Positions 49,101-62,027 of a DNA stretch of 64,000 bases are shown in pieces (the first letter of the stretch is position 1; each line of letters begins with the position of its first letter). A model generated the notes under the pieces. The model was given only the letters and a program-made list of their open reading frames with translations, was not told the origin of the DNA and searched no databases. The DNA comes from Azolla caroliniana (Eukaryota > Plantae > Polypodiophyta). The DNA is taken from contig JBHGNT010000005.1 in NCBI GenBank assembly GCA_043228905.1, positions 24,490,001 through 24,554,000 of the forward strand, read 5' to 3'. The position numbers and the translations under genes were made by a program.

Positions 49101-52100
49101 ACTGGTAAAGTTCTTGAACATTGAGAGTCGCTACTCACTTTCACACATATCACGTGAAATGTAATTTTTTTGGTCTCATAGGTCATATTTGACCTTCGAA
49201 GACGATAATATAACCTATCTATCTATCTATTTATCTTCACTTTCTTGGAGAAAAAACACATTTATACTAATAAATGTTTGTGAAAAACACTAAAAAGATA
49301 CTACATGTGTGAGTATGCCATCTCTACATGGGTAGTGGGACATGTAAAATCACCAATAGACAAGATGAGAAGTAACCTAGATAGAGAAGTAACGTAAGTG
49401 TTGGTCCTGCCCAACTATGGCGTCATCAGAGAAACCTTTGTAAGCTGGTGATATCTCAGAAAGATATTTCTTGATGGAACCTGGTTGAAAGAATGATTTA
49501 GTTGCTTTTTATGGTTGATGCCCTCAAATGTGTGACTCTTACGTTATTGAAAATTATTGCATACCTGATTCATGGCATCATCGTGTTTCAAGTACCATTC
49601 TTGAGTAGGCTCCTTACCATGGCAATATTGATTTCATTCTAGAGAGAAGTATGGGATGGAATGAGATAATTTCGCTTTATGTTTTATCCAGTTATGCTCA
49701 TGCATATCTTGGTACTCAACTCCCTTCTAAAATATTCTATTAGAAGTCTGTTATGTGGAGGTCAATGTGCTTGCATCATCAGCTCGAGCGCATGTTCCAT
49801 GGGAAGTTGATGTTGAGGATGTTTCAAGTATTTCCCAGCCATGATATTTCTGAATCCTATGTCATTCACTTTTCCTTGAAGCCGTGTTGACATATACACT
49901 CTATTTTGCTTTTGAGTATGTAAGTTAAATTGAATAAATATATTACTCTATTTTGGGGACCAAAAGTTTTGAAAGACACAAATTAACAAGGTTAATGTTA
50001 TTTGGTTTATGTGAATTCAAGACACTTTGTTTTGTTAGGAAGGAAGTGTTGGCTTGGTTGAAGCTTCAAATTACCTACAATCAGAATTAGAGGCATACAA
50101 GAAACGATCAAGCACAAATATGAGGTTTGAGTTACTCAACTTTTATGATTATGTACACCATAGATATGCTGCATGCATGTTTATGGTTAATAACTAACTA
50201 TGTATTTAAGTATGGGCCAAAGTGTGGTTTTCTTTCACTACGGTTCTGGTGTTTTTACAAACTAGCCTTGCTTTGTATTGATCTAGAATGACTATATTTG
50301 TATAAACAGAAACTAATTCATATTTTAAAAATGCTTATTTTCACTGAACTGCCGTAGGCTGATAATTTCTTTCTTTCCCAGGGTGGAGATAGATACGACT
50401 TCCGTCAATGGTTCATTTCATATGATTTTCTTACAGCACAGCATTGCATTAGCCTACAGAAATCATACCAACATTGCCATTAGGTAGGAGTATAACATAA
50501 AAATTTCTGTAAATGCTAAATTCAAGAAAAAATTGTCTATTTAATGCTGTAGGTTTTTGTTCAAACCTACAAAAATTTATTGAGCTTTCAAATATATTTT
50601 CACATCAAGTTGAACATTTTTATGTAACCTATTTTTGAAGATTTTTTGGCTTTATCATATATATGTTTCTCATGAGATGAATCAAACTGTTTAGTCTTAC
50701 TGTTAAACTAGCATTCAAAATTTCTTTGCTCAGCTTGTTTGAAGTTATAACATTTTTTCCTTTCCTGTCCTGCTTGCTTTGAAAACATATTAACTCATTA
50801 TATGAGAGCAGAATTTCAGCAGCTAATGCAGACAATGATGCAGCGGCTGTTCTTGTCAATGGACATTTTGACAGTCCAATCGGGTCTCCTGGTGCTGGTG
50901 ATTGTGCATCTTGTGTTGGTAAGTGATACAACTGGTACTTAGTTATAATTTATCGCAATGGATGTTCTTCTGTTTAATTTCTAATTCCAAGTTCTATGGC
51001 TTCTTTCTTATCTAGCTTCTATGCTTGAAGCAGTACGTCTGATTATTGATACTGATTGGGTGCCACCGAAGCCAATCATTTTTCTCTTCAATGGAGCTGA
51101 AGAACTATTTATGGTGGTAAGGCTGGGTCTTGTATGACCTCAACTTATTGGTTTTACAGAAATAGGGCAATTATATTAATCATTGTTACAATGGCCAGTA
51201 TAAGAATTACAAAATATGCCCAAGAGGTGTGAACTATCACTTCTTGTTGAATCCTCTAGAGGAATATGTCTACTATGGTAGTAAATTCATATAAGAAGTC
51301 TAATCCATTAACGGTTATTCTTTGCTCTTGAGTCTTTTAGGATCAACTTCTTTGTGGTTTCATGAAAAATTGCTTATGGCAGTAGGGATATTATATTGAT
51401 TGTAGCAAAGGAACTCATGTATTTGATTGCACACTATTTTCGGTAACCATTAGGTGTCATAAATAGCCTAAAAGGAAATTTGCTTGGCCTAGAGAGTTTC
51501 TTGTGAATGATTTTCCCTAAAACCTACAACTGAATAGGTAAAACTCATTTCTGCAGAAAATGAAAAGCTTCAGATGAAACTCCCATATTTTAGAGAGTGT
51601 ATTTTGAATTCGTTGCCTTTGGATTGTATTCTTGGTAATAGTCCTCACAATCAGGCCCCCAGTATCATTGGTGGTTTAATTCCTTTAACGTTGATGGTTC
51701 TTTAGATTTTTTTTGAACCCTTGCACATAAGATTGCACACTGTGATTGCTAGAGAAATTCATGCAAGGATTGGGTTTGGTCAAAGATGTGTGGAAAACAT
51801 AGCCAGATGTGATCAAAGGTAGATCATTGTATCAAACTGTGATATTTAGAATCTCGAACTTGTTTATGGCAAGGTGTGCATAGTCAATTACTCTCATCAC
51901 TTGTGCCTAACGCCAAGTTTCACATCGTAGTGAGTTTGAGCTAAGTCACATGGAAGCAATGGTGTGGATGGTAGACAATAGGACGGGCTCTAACATGTAT
52001 TGATTTGTGCAATTTCCCTTTCGGCGAAGAACATGGTTTTGTAGTTGGGTACAATACATGTAGTATAATGTGTGAAGCATGAGCCTCCACATTTTCCCCA

Positions 52101-55100
52101 TGTCATGATATGTTCGCATTGCAAAAAGGCCTCATTCACAAAGGAATCTATTTATGCATTAGGACGCAAGTGTGTTGCATCCCATCATCCAAACCAATTT
52201 TCTATATCTTGCATCCAACAAGAACACAAAAATTTACTTTCATGTGTCTTTTGGATCTTTTTGCTTGCTTGCCACATGAGTATTGAAAGCTGATGTTAGG
52301 GGCTCTTTTGAACCTTAAACGTGCATTCAACAACCCTTTCGATGCCAATGATCTTAATGGGAAGTCATCCCATCTCAAGGTGTAGGAGGGTGTATGGCAT
52401 TTGTTTCTTGACTTGGAGAAACTTTGTAAGAAAATGCGTTTGGACATTTTTAAACTTACCAAGTGAACTTAGGGATGCTACGACCCCACACTTTCACCCC
52501 ATAGAGAAACATTGGTGTCATCAAAGTGAAAGGTATTTCTTGAGGACCCAAGACTTAATTTCTCCATGGATGTATGTATTCTCAAATGCATAATATGCTC
52601 TCTTTCCCGCCTCTAGGCGGTGGGTGGGTGGCACTTAGGGATGCTATGGCCCATACTTCCACCCCATAGAGAAGCATTGGTGTGACCAAAGTGAATGGTA
52701 TTTCTTGAAAACCCAACATTTAATTTCTCCATGTGGGAATCTTCTCTCATTTGGTTGGGTGGTTGACATAAGAAAATGGTTTAGAAGATGGGGTGTGGAT
52801 GATCTTTTAGAGCTTTCGGGTGATACTTGTTGGAGGGTGGCAGCTCTAGACCTGCACTCTCTTTCAACTTTGTTATCTCTGTACTACATTCTCTCTTCCC
52901 AGATTCTTCTCTCTCTAGAATCTACAACTCTTTAAATGCCTTCTCTCTCTAGAATCTGCAATGCTTTAAATGCCTTTTGTCTCTTCCACTTTTTCCAAGA
53001 TATTCCCTTTTTATTCCTAGTTTATTGTACCTGTTTGGTAGTACAAGAGTCTCTTAACTACCAAACAACCATTCCCAATTTTGTATAAATAGGCTTATAC
53101 CAGCCTCTTTTGTAATAAGATTATTTTCTGTTGCTACTTAGAAACAAGCACAACTCTTTGGCTGTGTCTCTACTCTTTGCAACCATTTTTTCTACTGCAG
53201 TCTAACAGCCTTCTCACAGCTTGGCTGTGTCTATTTTGTTCTAACTCTTCCGCTGCTGCTATTAACAGCTTTTCTCACATGGTATCAGAGCAGTGAGGTC
53301 TCCATATCCTCAGCCTGATTATTTTTGCCAAAGAGAATACAAAACTCTCTTCTTTTATCCCTCCCTCCCAACCTACAGAGGAGGTTCTTTTTTTTTTCTT
53401 TTCCCCTCATCTGAGCCTCACCTAGCATCTAGGGAGAAGTAGAAAGACCCTGAGCATCTACTTACAACTGCTGTAAATTGTCCAGTTGTAGCTCAAGAGG
53501 AGGATATCCATGGCCTCACATGCCACGATTGTTTCATTAACCATTCCCCAACTCCCCAAAGAGTCCATCTTGGATGGGAGCAATTACTTGGATTGGGAGC
53601 TACAAATAAAGACCTTGCTACAATACCATCGTTTATGGAATGTAGTCAATGGTAGTGACAAGAAACCACCAGTAACTTCATCCTCTTCAACCAAATCAGT
53701 TGCTGGCTCATCTAACGCTGAGATTGAAGCGTGGCTAGATAAGGATTCTCGTGCCCATGCTTTCCTCATGTTTAATATTAAACCGAGCATTGCTCGTCAA
53801 TTTTAAGATACAGATGAAGAGACAGCCAATGAACTATGGACATCCATAAAAAAGAGGTACCATCGAGCTAATCATGCTCAAATGATAGCTATTGAGAACC
53901 AACTAGCTAATTTCAAGATTCATGACACTCCCAACATCGTGGATCACATAACGCAATTTGTTACTCTCCAAAAGGAACTAGTTTCTTTGGGAAGCAAGTC
54001 AACTGAAGTTGAGTTTGTGCATCGTCTAATGATAAAGTTGCCTGAGTCATTCTCAGCATTTTGTGACACAATTTCTCTTCTTCCCAACACACCTGATATG
54101 AATACATTTCTTGGTATGCTACAAGATAGGGCAACAAGGAAGAAAAGTGCTCAAACTTCCAATGAGACGCTTCTACATGCGACAAGTAAAGGCAAGTGGA
54201 AGCAAAATGGTAACTCCTACAACAAACCCAATCCAAGACTGCCAAACAACCCAGCTTACAAGGAGCTCACTTGTCATTATTGTGGCTACAAAGGTCACAT
54301 TCAGCCGGATTGTCGGAAAAAGAAAAGGGACAATGCTAAGAACTCTTCTTCTACCAAAAATCAACCTACACCGAAATCCAACTCAGCCCACTCAGCCAAA
54401 GAAACAGTTTTCCTTGGCATTGAGGAACAAACTTCACATTTGGCTGGACCAACTACCTCAACCATTGATGAGTGGTTAGTAGATAGTGGTGCTACTTCAC
54501 ACATGACATATGACAAATCCATTTTGCATGATGTGAAACCTAGCTCCTCCCAAATCTCCATTGGAGATGCCTCAAGCATTGAGGCTTCATGTGTGGGTAA
54601 TGTGTTTCTTAACAATTCTTCAAATGAAGAACCTGTCATTCTTCAAGATGTGTTACATGTGCCTCGCATCTCTGCCAACCTACTTTTAGTCTACCAAATC
54701 ACTAAGCAAGGTTATGGAGTCTACTTTGATAGCTCAGTTTTGGAAAGTTCCCATAGCCCCTTGGAAAAGTCCAAATCTCATCTTCTTCATCTTTTTCAAG
54801 GCTCTCATGCGTTGGTGGCACAAGAAGATCCCACGTTGTGGCATGCTAGGTTTGGTCATCTTAACTATGATTCTCTTCAAAAGCTCTCCTCTTCCCAACT
54901 AGTTGAGAGTCTTCCTATTTTCAAACCTCCCAATAGCCCATGTGATGCTTGTCTTCATGGCAAGCAACATCGAGAGCCTTTCCCTCATGAAACCACTCAT
55001 CGTGCAACATCTATCTTGGAGTTAGTGCACATGGATCTTTGTGGTCCCATGCAAACCACTACTCTTGGTTTTTCCCGCAAGGTTTGGGTTTATTTTCTTG

Positions 55101-58100
55101 TAGAAAAATCGCAAGCCTTCACAAAATTTCAAGAACGGGTAGCTCTCGTGGAGAACGAGACATCGAAGAAAGTTCGAAAGATCAGGTCAGACAATGGTGG
55201 AGAGTTTATCTCCCAAGCTTTCCACCATTTCTGCTCTCAACGAGGTGTTGCTCGCCAATTTTCTACACCCAATACTCCTCAACAAAATGGAGTTGTGGAA
55301 AGGAAGAACCGGACAGTCCAAGAGATGGCTCGTACGATGCTATCTCAATCTGATCTTCCTCTCTCGTTTTGGGGTGAAGCTGTCAACACAACAGTCTACA
55401 TCATCAACTACTGCCCAACAAAAGCAATTGCTGGAATGATGCCGGCAGAAGAATTTACAGGTGTAAAGCCCTCAGTATCTCATTTTAAAGTCTTTGGTTG
55501 TGATGCTTATCTTATGTTCACATTTTAGATCATAAAAGGACGAAATTTGAGTCCAAAACCAAGAAATGCAAATTTCTTGGTTACAACACACAATCTAAAG
55601 CATTCAGGGCACAACGACCTCCTCACTCATGCAACTTTGCCTTATTGTGCACTGTTGTGCAATCAAAAGAACCCACAATAGCAAAAGAGGCCCTTGTTCT
55701 TCCAAAGTGGAAAGCAACAATGGAAGTTGAACTTGATTCCATTGAGCGGAATCATACATGGGAGCTGGTCCCACGGCCTCTACATCAACAAGTCATTGGA
55801 TTGAAATGGATTTTCAAGACAAAATACCATGCTGATGGTACTTTGGATAAGCACAAGGCATGTTTAGTGGCAAAAGGCTACTCACAAGTCGAAGGAGTGG
55901 ATTACGAGGAAACTTTTGCTCCAACAGCAAGGTACACCTCTATCCGATGTGCGCTTGCACTTGCTGCTCACAACAAATGGACCATCTTTCAAATGAATGT
56001 CAAGTCAGCCTGCCTTAATTGTGACTTGAAAGAGGAGGTTGATGTTGAACAATCTCTAGGTTTTGAGATTTCAGAGCAGAAAAACATGGTCCCTTGTATG
56101 GCTTAAAGCAAGTTCCCAAAGCTGTACATGACAAAATTGACACCTTTTTTCTCTCTCTTGGGTTTTAGAATTGTTATGCTGACAACAATCTCTATGTTTT
56201 TTTTTCCCGCTTCCAAGGCATGCCATTAATCAGCTCCTCGGTCGACTCAATGTTTGATAGCCATTCTGGAGCTGAGAGGAGGTGTTGGAGGGTGGCAGCT
56301 CCAGACCTGCACTCTCTTTCAACTTTATTATCTCAGTACTACACTCTCTCTTCCCAAATTCTTCTCTCTCTAGAATCTACAACTCTTTAAATGCCTTCTC
56401 TTTCTAGAATCTGCAATGCTTTAAATGTCTTTTGTCTCTTCCACTTTTTCCAAGATATTCCCTTTTTATTCCTAGTTTATTGTACCTGTTTGGTAGTACA
56501 AGAGTCTCTTAACTACCAAACAACCATTCCCAATTTTGTATAAATAGGCTTATACCAGCCTCTTTTGTAACAAGATTATTTTCTATTGCTACTTAGAAAC
56601 AAGCACAACTCTTTGGTTGTGTCTCTACTCTTTGCAACCATTTTTTCTACTGCAGTCTAACAGCCTTCTCACAGCTTGGCTGTGTCTATTTTGTTCTAAC
56701 TCTTCCGCTGCTGCTATTAACAGCTTTTCTCACAATACTATGCAATATGTAATGATTGATGAAAGGCTGGTGGAATCATTAAGGATGAAGTGGGAAGATC
56801 CTAAGAGGAAAAAGCTAGAATACTACATTGCAAATGTCAACCGTGAATGTTGGTCTCAATATAAAGCAAGAATGCCTATTGATTGTATCCAACCTTATCT
56901 CATTACCAATATGAGTAGTAATGCTCGTAGATCCCTTACACTATTTCACACTTGATCTCACAAGTTAGGTATTGAAGTTTGCATCATGGTATCAAAATGT
57001 AACGAATTTGAAGGCATGTAAAGTATGCAATGAAGGCATGGTAGAGGATGAATGCCACTTGCTCTTCACATGCTCGGCATATAGTGCAATTCGTTCAAGA
57101 TATGTTGACATACTAAGAAATAAAGAAAGAAGAAAGAAAGATATATTAACGTCTTTTAAGAGGCCAAAATGGCCTATAAGACCAAACAAGAGATTACATC
57201 TTAAGTGTTGTCTCATCTTTGAGAACAAATCAAAATAAAATAAATATTACACAGTAAATAAGATGAAAAGAAAAGAAACGAGGGAATCTAGTTTTTGGCA
57301 CATGTGAGATTCTGAAGTTAGGTATATTGTAGCTTTTGTCCTCAAAAGATCTCTAGCATAGGTCGATCCAGAATGGAAATGTCTTTGAAGCGAGGGAAGC
57401 ACCTACGATGGCGGGAAATAATGGCTTTTATTTGTTGATCACAAGGGTGTCTAGGTCGTGGTCCATGGGACCGGGGTCTACGTGCACGACAAATTGCCAT
57501 TGCCCAATCAATTGTAACCCCTTTGTTATGTGCTGGTTTGGAGCCCATTTGTGTATCCTGTGATTGACTTGTAACATTAGTAGGAGTGATGGGGCTAAAG
57601 AAAGTTGTGATTCTTCTTTGTGGATGAGCTTGTGTGGCTGTATTCTTCAACAACTTTTCCCGATGTCTCTTGAGCTCTACCAAGAAAAGTCCTAGGCATC
57701 GTTGGTCCTCATATTCCATTACCTTGTGTAGTGGGCCAAAGCCTTGTTTACAGAGGCAATGGTATCTCCCTCTGATTTCATAAAAGACACGACAATGACA
57801 AACATAATGTTCTTCAGATTCCACTCCTTGATGACACAATTGGCCATACTTAAGTGGGAGTGATAACTTAAGTGCCATACTTAAGACACCATCTAGAAGG
57901 TTGAGCTCATATGTGTAATGCTTTATTCACGCATAGATACGTTGTACTTCAATGTATGAATACCCCTTTTTAGGAAGGAGACACATATCAAGAGCACATG
58001 TATACTCTGGTCCCATGGGTCAAAATTGGCCTCTTAATGGACAATAACAATTCTAATTTTAATTCTAACTCTCAAGATGATGAATATGTTATTGCAAGGA

Positions 58101-61100
58101 TCATCTCAAAAAGTCACTACTTCATGTCGTATGATGCTTGCAACAGAAACCGGCGCCACTATTTTGGTGCTATGTTTCAGCTTTGTCCGGTCTCTGAAAA
58201 AGTCATGTGATGGCTCATTTTCTTCCTCAGTCCCTGTAGGGTGTTGCAGCTCACTCTTCATAAGCCTTCTCAACCTCTAGGTAGACCGTAGCAAGAGTCA
58301 AGTAAATGCCCGCCACTCGCCATTGGGTTTTCTTTTTTGTTTATCTTTACTCCTCAATAGGGTGTGCGCTATCTTCTCAATAAATTTAAATCTCCAAACT
58401 ACAAATATGGCCATCACCAATTTATACTTATGGTTTAAGCCATATCCCAAGAATACTTCTTTGTGAACTTGATATGTAAATTGCTTTAAGCTCCATACTC
58501 CAATTTCTATGTCATTGGTGGTGCTCACTATGTCATTTGGATATTTGTGTCAGATCCCAAATAATTAGCACAGTAGACAAAGGAATAGACATCTTATGTT
58601 TCTTTAATAGTAACACACTAAAAATGTCTCAAAAGACCTTAAAAAAGGTCTCTTCAACTTAAAATTGAGTGAATGCTAAAAATACGTAATCCTAAACTAA
58701 GGTCTAAAATATGTATTAAGAATCATAAGAGGCCAGCACTCAGTTTACGTCTCAAAGCATATATTATTTGATCATGCTGTATTGGGCACTGCTCTTCCTT
58801 TGACAACTTAGAAGTATAACTAATGCATAAACCTCATTGTATAGGCAGCCCATGGATTCATGACAACGCACAAGTGGAGATCAACAATAGGAGCTGTAAT
58901 TAATATAGAAGCATCAGGCACTGGTGGTCCTGGTAAATGTTAAACATCCATTATTAACATGTCTTAGGTTTCAAATGCTTTTGAATAACTGTGGAAAATT
59001 GCAAATGAGTCTGCCATCATCAATGCTAGAAGTGAGTGATGGAATGGAGAATACATGCATAGTGGCTTGGTACACTGTGTATATCCTATTTCTTCAGCTT
59101 TCAAAAAATGAAGCAACAGCTACAGAAGGAACATAATTAAACCATAGAAAATGCGGAAAATATACAACAAAAGAGGCGTGGAACTGGGGGATCAATAAAC
59201 TCTGTACTGCTTGAAGTAGCATGTAGTTACTCTGAGGCTAAAGATAAATTGATAACTTTCTACCTCTTGTATTAAATCATGATCAGTATGTTCTTAAACG
59301 AATATTGTAGAAGGGTTTAAGCTAAGTCATGCTTGAAAAATACATTGACGGTAGGAATTGTTGAGCATAAATTCTGTCATGCAGAATCATGTTGGAATCC
59401 AATCATTTACAAGTCACACTAGAAAAAGACACTATTCGCAACATGCTGTGGTGTTTCCTCAGTTTGACTTCTCATACTTTTCAATGCCATTGTTTAATAT
59501 CATTACTCCTCATTCAAATGTAATAATGTGTATTCTATGGGTTGTGTTCTCAGATCCGTTATGCTAAATGCTTAGGTTGATAGTGTCTTGATTTTCTTCC
59601 ATTGTTCCCTCCCTAGACTTGGTCTGCCAGTCTGGCCCTGGATCATGGCCTGCTGAAGTATATGCGAAGGCAGCCATTTATCCAATGGCAAATACAGCAG
59701 CACAGGTAATACTTATCTTCTATTTCGAATATCTTAGGGGTAATTGAAAATGTATGAGAATGCAGTAGTGATGTCATTCTCTTTTAAACCAATAAAAAAG
59801 AACAAGCATAAGTTTTCTATTTCTTTGCAGGATATATTTCCTCATATTCCAGGAGATACTGACTATCGCATGTTTTCTGAAGACTATGGTGACATCCCGG
59901 GCCTGGATATCATTCTTTTGTTGGAGGGTTATTTTTATCATACACCATATGATGTACCAGAAAGAATAGTGTACGTCTCAAATGCTGGATTATCAATAAC
60001 TCCTTGACAGTTTATTCCAAAATTTGAAACCTCACTCTAAATCCATGTGGCAGTCCTGGAAGCATGCAAGTAAGAGGTGAAAATCTAATGAGTTTGCTCA
60101 AAGCTTTCACTCATTCGCAACGTTTGCATAATTCAAGTGATAGAATGCAGCTTAAGAATCAAATGATTGGAACCACTGATACCAGATCTGTATTTTTTGA
60201 TTTCCTTGGGTGGTTTATGGTGAGAAATTTGTCAAAGCTTTCGTTTTGTGCACAGGTTCAAACTTACAAAGTTTTCTAAATTAGTTTTTGTATTTGTTAT
60301 GCTGTATGCAGGTGTATTATTCATTCAACACTGCTCTAGCATTGCACACATTGCCATTAGGGTTTGTGTTGATTGTTGCAAGTCTTACTGATTATGAAAC
60401 CTCTGGAATTCAACAATTTTCAGGACGTATTTCCTTTATTCTGAAAGGTACATTCTGTATTGTGTCTTTGCGTCCTCACAAGACTTGTTTGTATTGACGA
60501 GAGATCTTCCTTTCTAGAGGGCACTTGAGTTTGAAATTTGCAGAAGTTTTCAAATATTGTAAAACTTTCTCATTTACAACCCTTTCCAACTCTGAAGTAT
60601 AAATAACAGTCCATGGTGAAACTGCTAGGCAGTTTTGAAAATCTGAAAAATGTACATGCTAGAAGCTTACTAGAAGGCAAAATCAGCATATGGAATGAAG
60701 CTTAATTGGATTCTCATTGCACATTCCTTATTAGTGTTTAATAGTATCCAAAAAAGGAGTTATCAACTTATTTTGCATACATATTATTACAATTTGAATA
60801 TGACTTCATCTGGTGATTGGGCCTAACCTTCTCTTTCAATTGGCTTATCTTGGCTTAATGTTTCTTCTCCTCATGGTCATTGTGTTCTTACTTTTGTTTG
60901 GTGTGCATAGAAAATCTGACATCTGTGAATGTGTTAATGTATCTGTGAATCTGACTTCTGACTGGGTATTCATTTTCAAATTTAAACAATCCCTTTTGTG
61001 AAAAAATGACCAGGTGCAGTATTTCATATATTCGAATTGGTTTTAGGAGTTATTTTTCCTGTTGTCTTAGCAATCATTCGACTATTACCATCATCAACAG

Positions 61101-62027
61101 CAATGACATGGTAAGTAATCTTATCTTGGCTGTAATTATAAAATTTAATGCTCTTGCACATGTTTCCCATGCAATGACAGTAGAGTTATTGGCTTTCTTT
61201 TAAAGTTCTTTTACTATAGTAAACTTATGATTGCAGATTTCAAGAAGCATTTTCCTTGTTTTTAATTTCTTGATTGGATGTAGGTTTGCACATCCATGGT
61301 TGGCTTGTCTTATTTATGCCCCAATATCTTTTGCTGGTTTACTGCTACCAAGGGCCGCACTAGGTGAACAATTCATGGACAAGAAAACATCCAATGGATC
61401 TAGTAATAAGGTATACAGATGTTTAAGTGATAATTATCCATTCTCACTTCAATTCTTTAAAAACATCTGTATCACTTGATTGGTTTGAACATGTCCCTGC
61501 ACATAGATTAAGTACAAGATGTATCCTTTTAGTGTGCATTGTGATTGAAAAGGCAAGTTGCATCACTGAATTTCTGTATCCAAAGTATGAAACATTATTT
61601 TAGATTTTTTTCTAGACCCTTTTATTCTCTTTCTAGCCCATGTAGGTTATTAGTTACTCACATTTATCTTGGCTATATGTGAAAAAATATAGAACATTCA
61701 ATATATTTATTTCTGATTCCATCTTTTTCAATCAATGCAATTGATATATTAGTTTATTGCCTTAGACTAGCAAAAAAATCTTTTCTAGAAGTCTAACTAC
61801 AGACTGTAAAACATAATTTCTGCAGCAAATTTAATCTCATGTCTACATGCCTTATGCCATGGAGCAGTCAAGTATTTCAGTGTGCATCAATAGGAAGACT
61901 TGGTGTAAACAATAATTGAAGTTGGACATTGCTCTTTTTCTGAACCAATATTTGTTCTTGCATGCAGAAAGCTATGGAATGGGGAACACAGTGGGGAGCA
62001 ATTTGTGTCTACTCATTTTTGGCAGCA
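46186..62027 (+). CDS. ERMP1: ER membrane metallopeptidase 1-like (M28 peptidase), 5' part only; gene continues past the window
   Basis: Exons 46186-46431, 50039-50124, 50382-50483, 50812-50918, 51016-51116, 58845-58932, 59617-59705, 59831-59970, 60054-60219, 60312-60447, 61014-61110, 61284-61410, 61968-62027, all GT-AG and in frame. Motifs FSEGR, YRNHTNI, LVNGHFDS, PGAGDC, FNGAEE, INIEASGTGG, IPGDTDYR, YHTPYD and VFFDFLGWF, followed by TM helices. Confidence 0.93.
46770..47336. repeat. 189-bp tandem repeat x3 in ERMP1 intron 1
   Basis: ATGCCAGTGATGA starts at 46770, 46959 and 47148; copies are near-identical. Confidence 0.95.
48023..49232 (+). mobile_element. RTE-like LINE 3' fragment with (TATC)n tail, with its 3' ~300 bp duplicated
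   Basis: FENVQKHFLTKFLQVKKQTP, RLSSHALRRET, C..C...ESENH..IQC. Ends GAAGACGATAAT...ATCTATCT at about 48925 and again at about 49230. Confidence 0.8.
51720..52740 (-). mobile_element. RTE-like LINE fragment, same family as 48023-48927, opposite orientation
   Basis: The reverse complement of 52300-52460 aligns with 48060-48215 (AAATGTCCAAA..CATTTTCTTACAAAGTTTCT.CAAGT.AAGAAACAAA). Confidence 0.8.
52828..56734 (+). mobile_element. Internally deleted Ty1/Copia element in ERMP1 intron 5
   Basis: 452-bp LTRs at 52828-53279 and 56283-56734, about 10 mismatches by eye. TSD ATACT on both sides, PBS TGGTATCAGAGC at 53280, PPT GCTGAGAGGAGG. Gag (LDGSNYLDW, CHYCGYKGHIQPDC), PR (WLVDSGAT), INT (WHARFGH, SDNGGEF) and partial RT are present; most RT/RNase H is missing. 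Confidence 0.95.
57118..57846 (-). mobile_element. RTE-like LINE 3' fragment inserted into an older plus-strand RTE-like fragment (about 52745-57960)
   Basis: ORF QLCHQGVESEEHYVCHC.VFYEIRGRY, (TTTC)n tail. Flanked by CATACTAAG (57109) and CATACTTAAG (57846), a TSD-like repeat. The host element reads ...YVDIL|SGSDNLSAILKTP across the insert. Confidence 0.7.
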
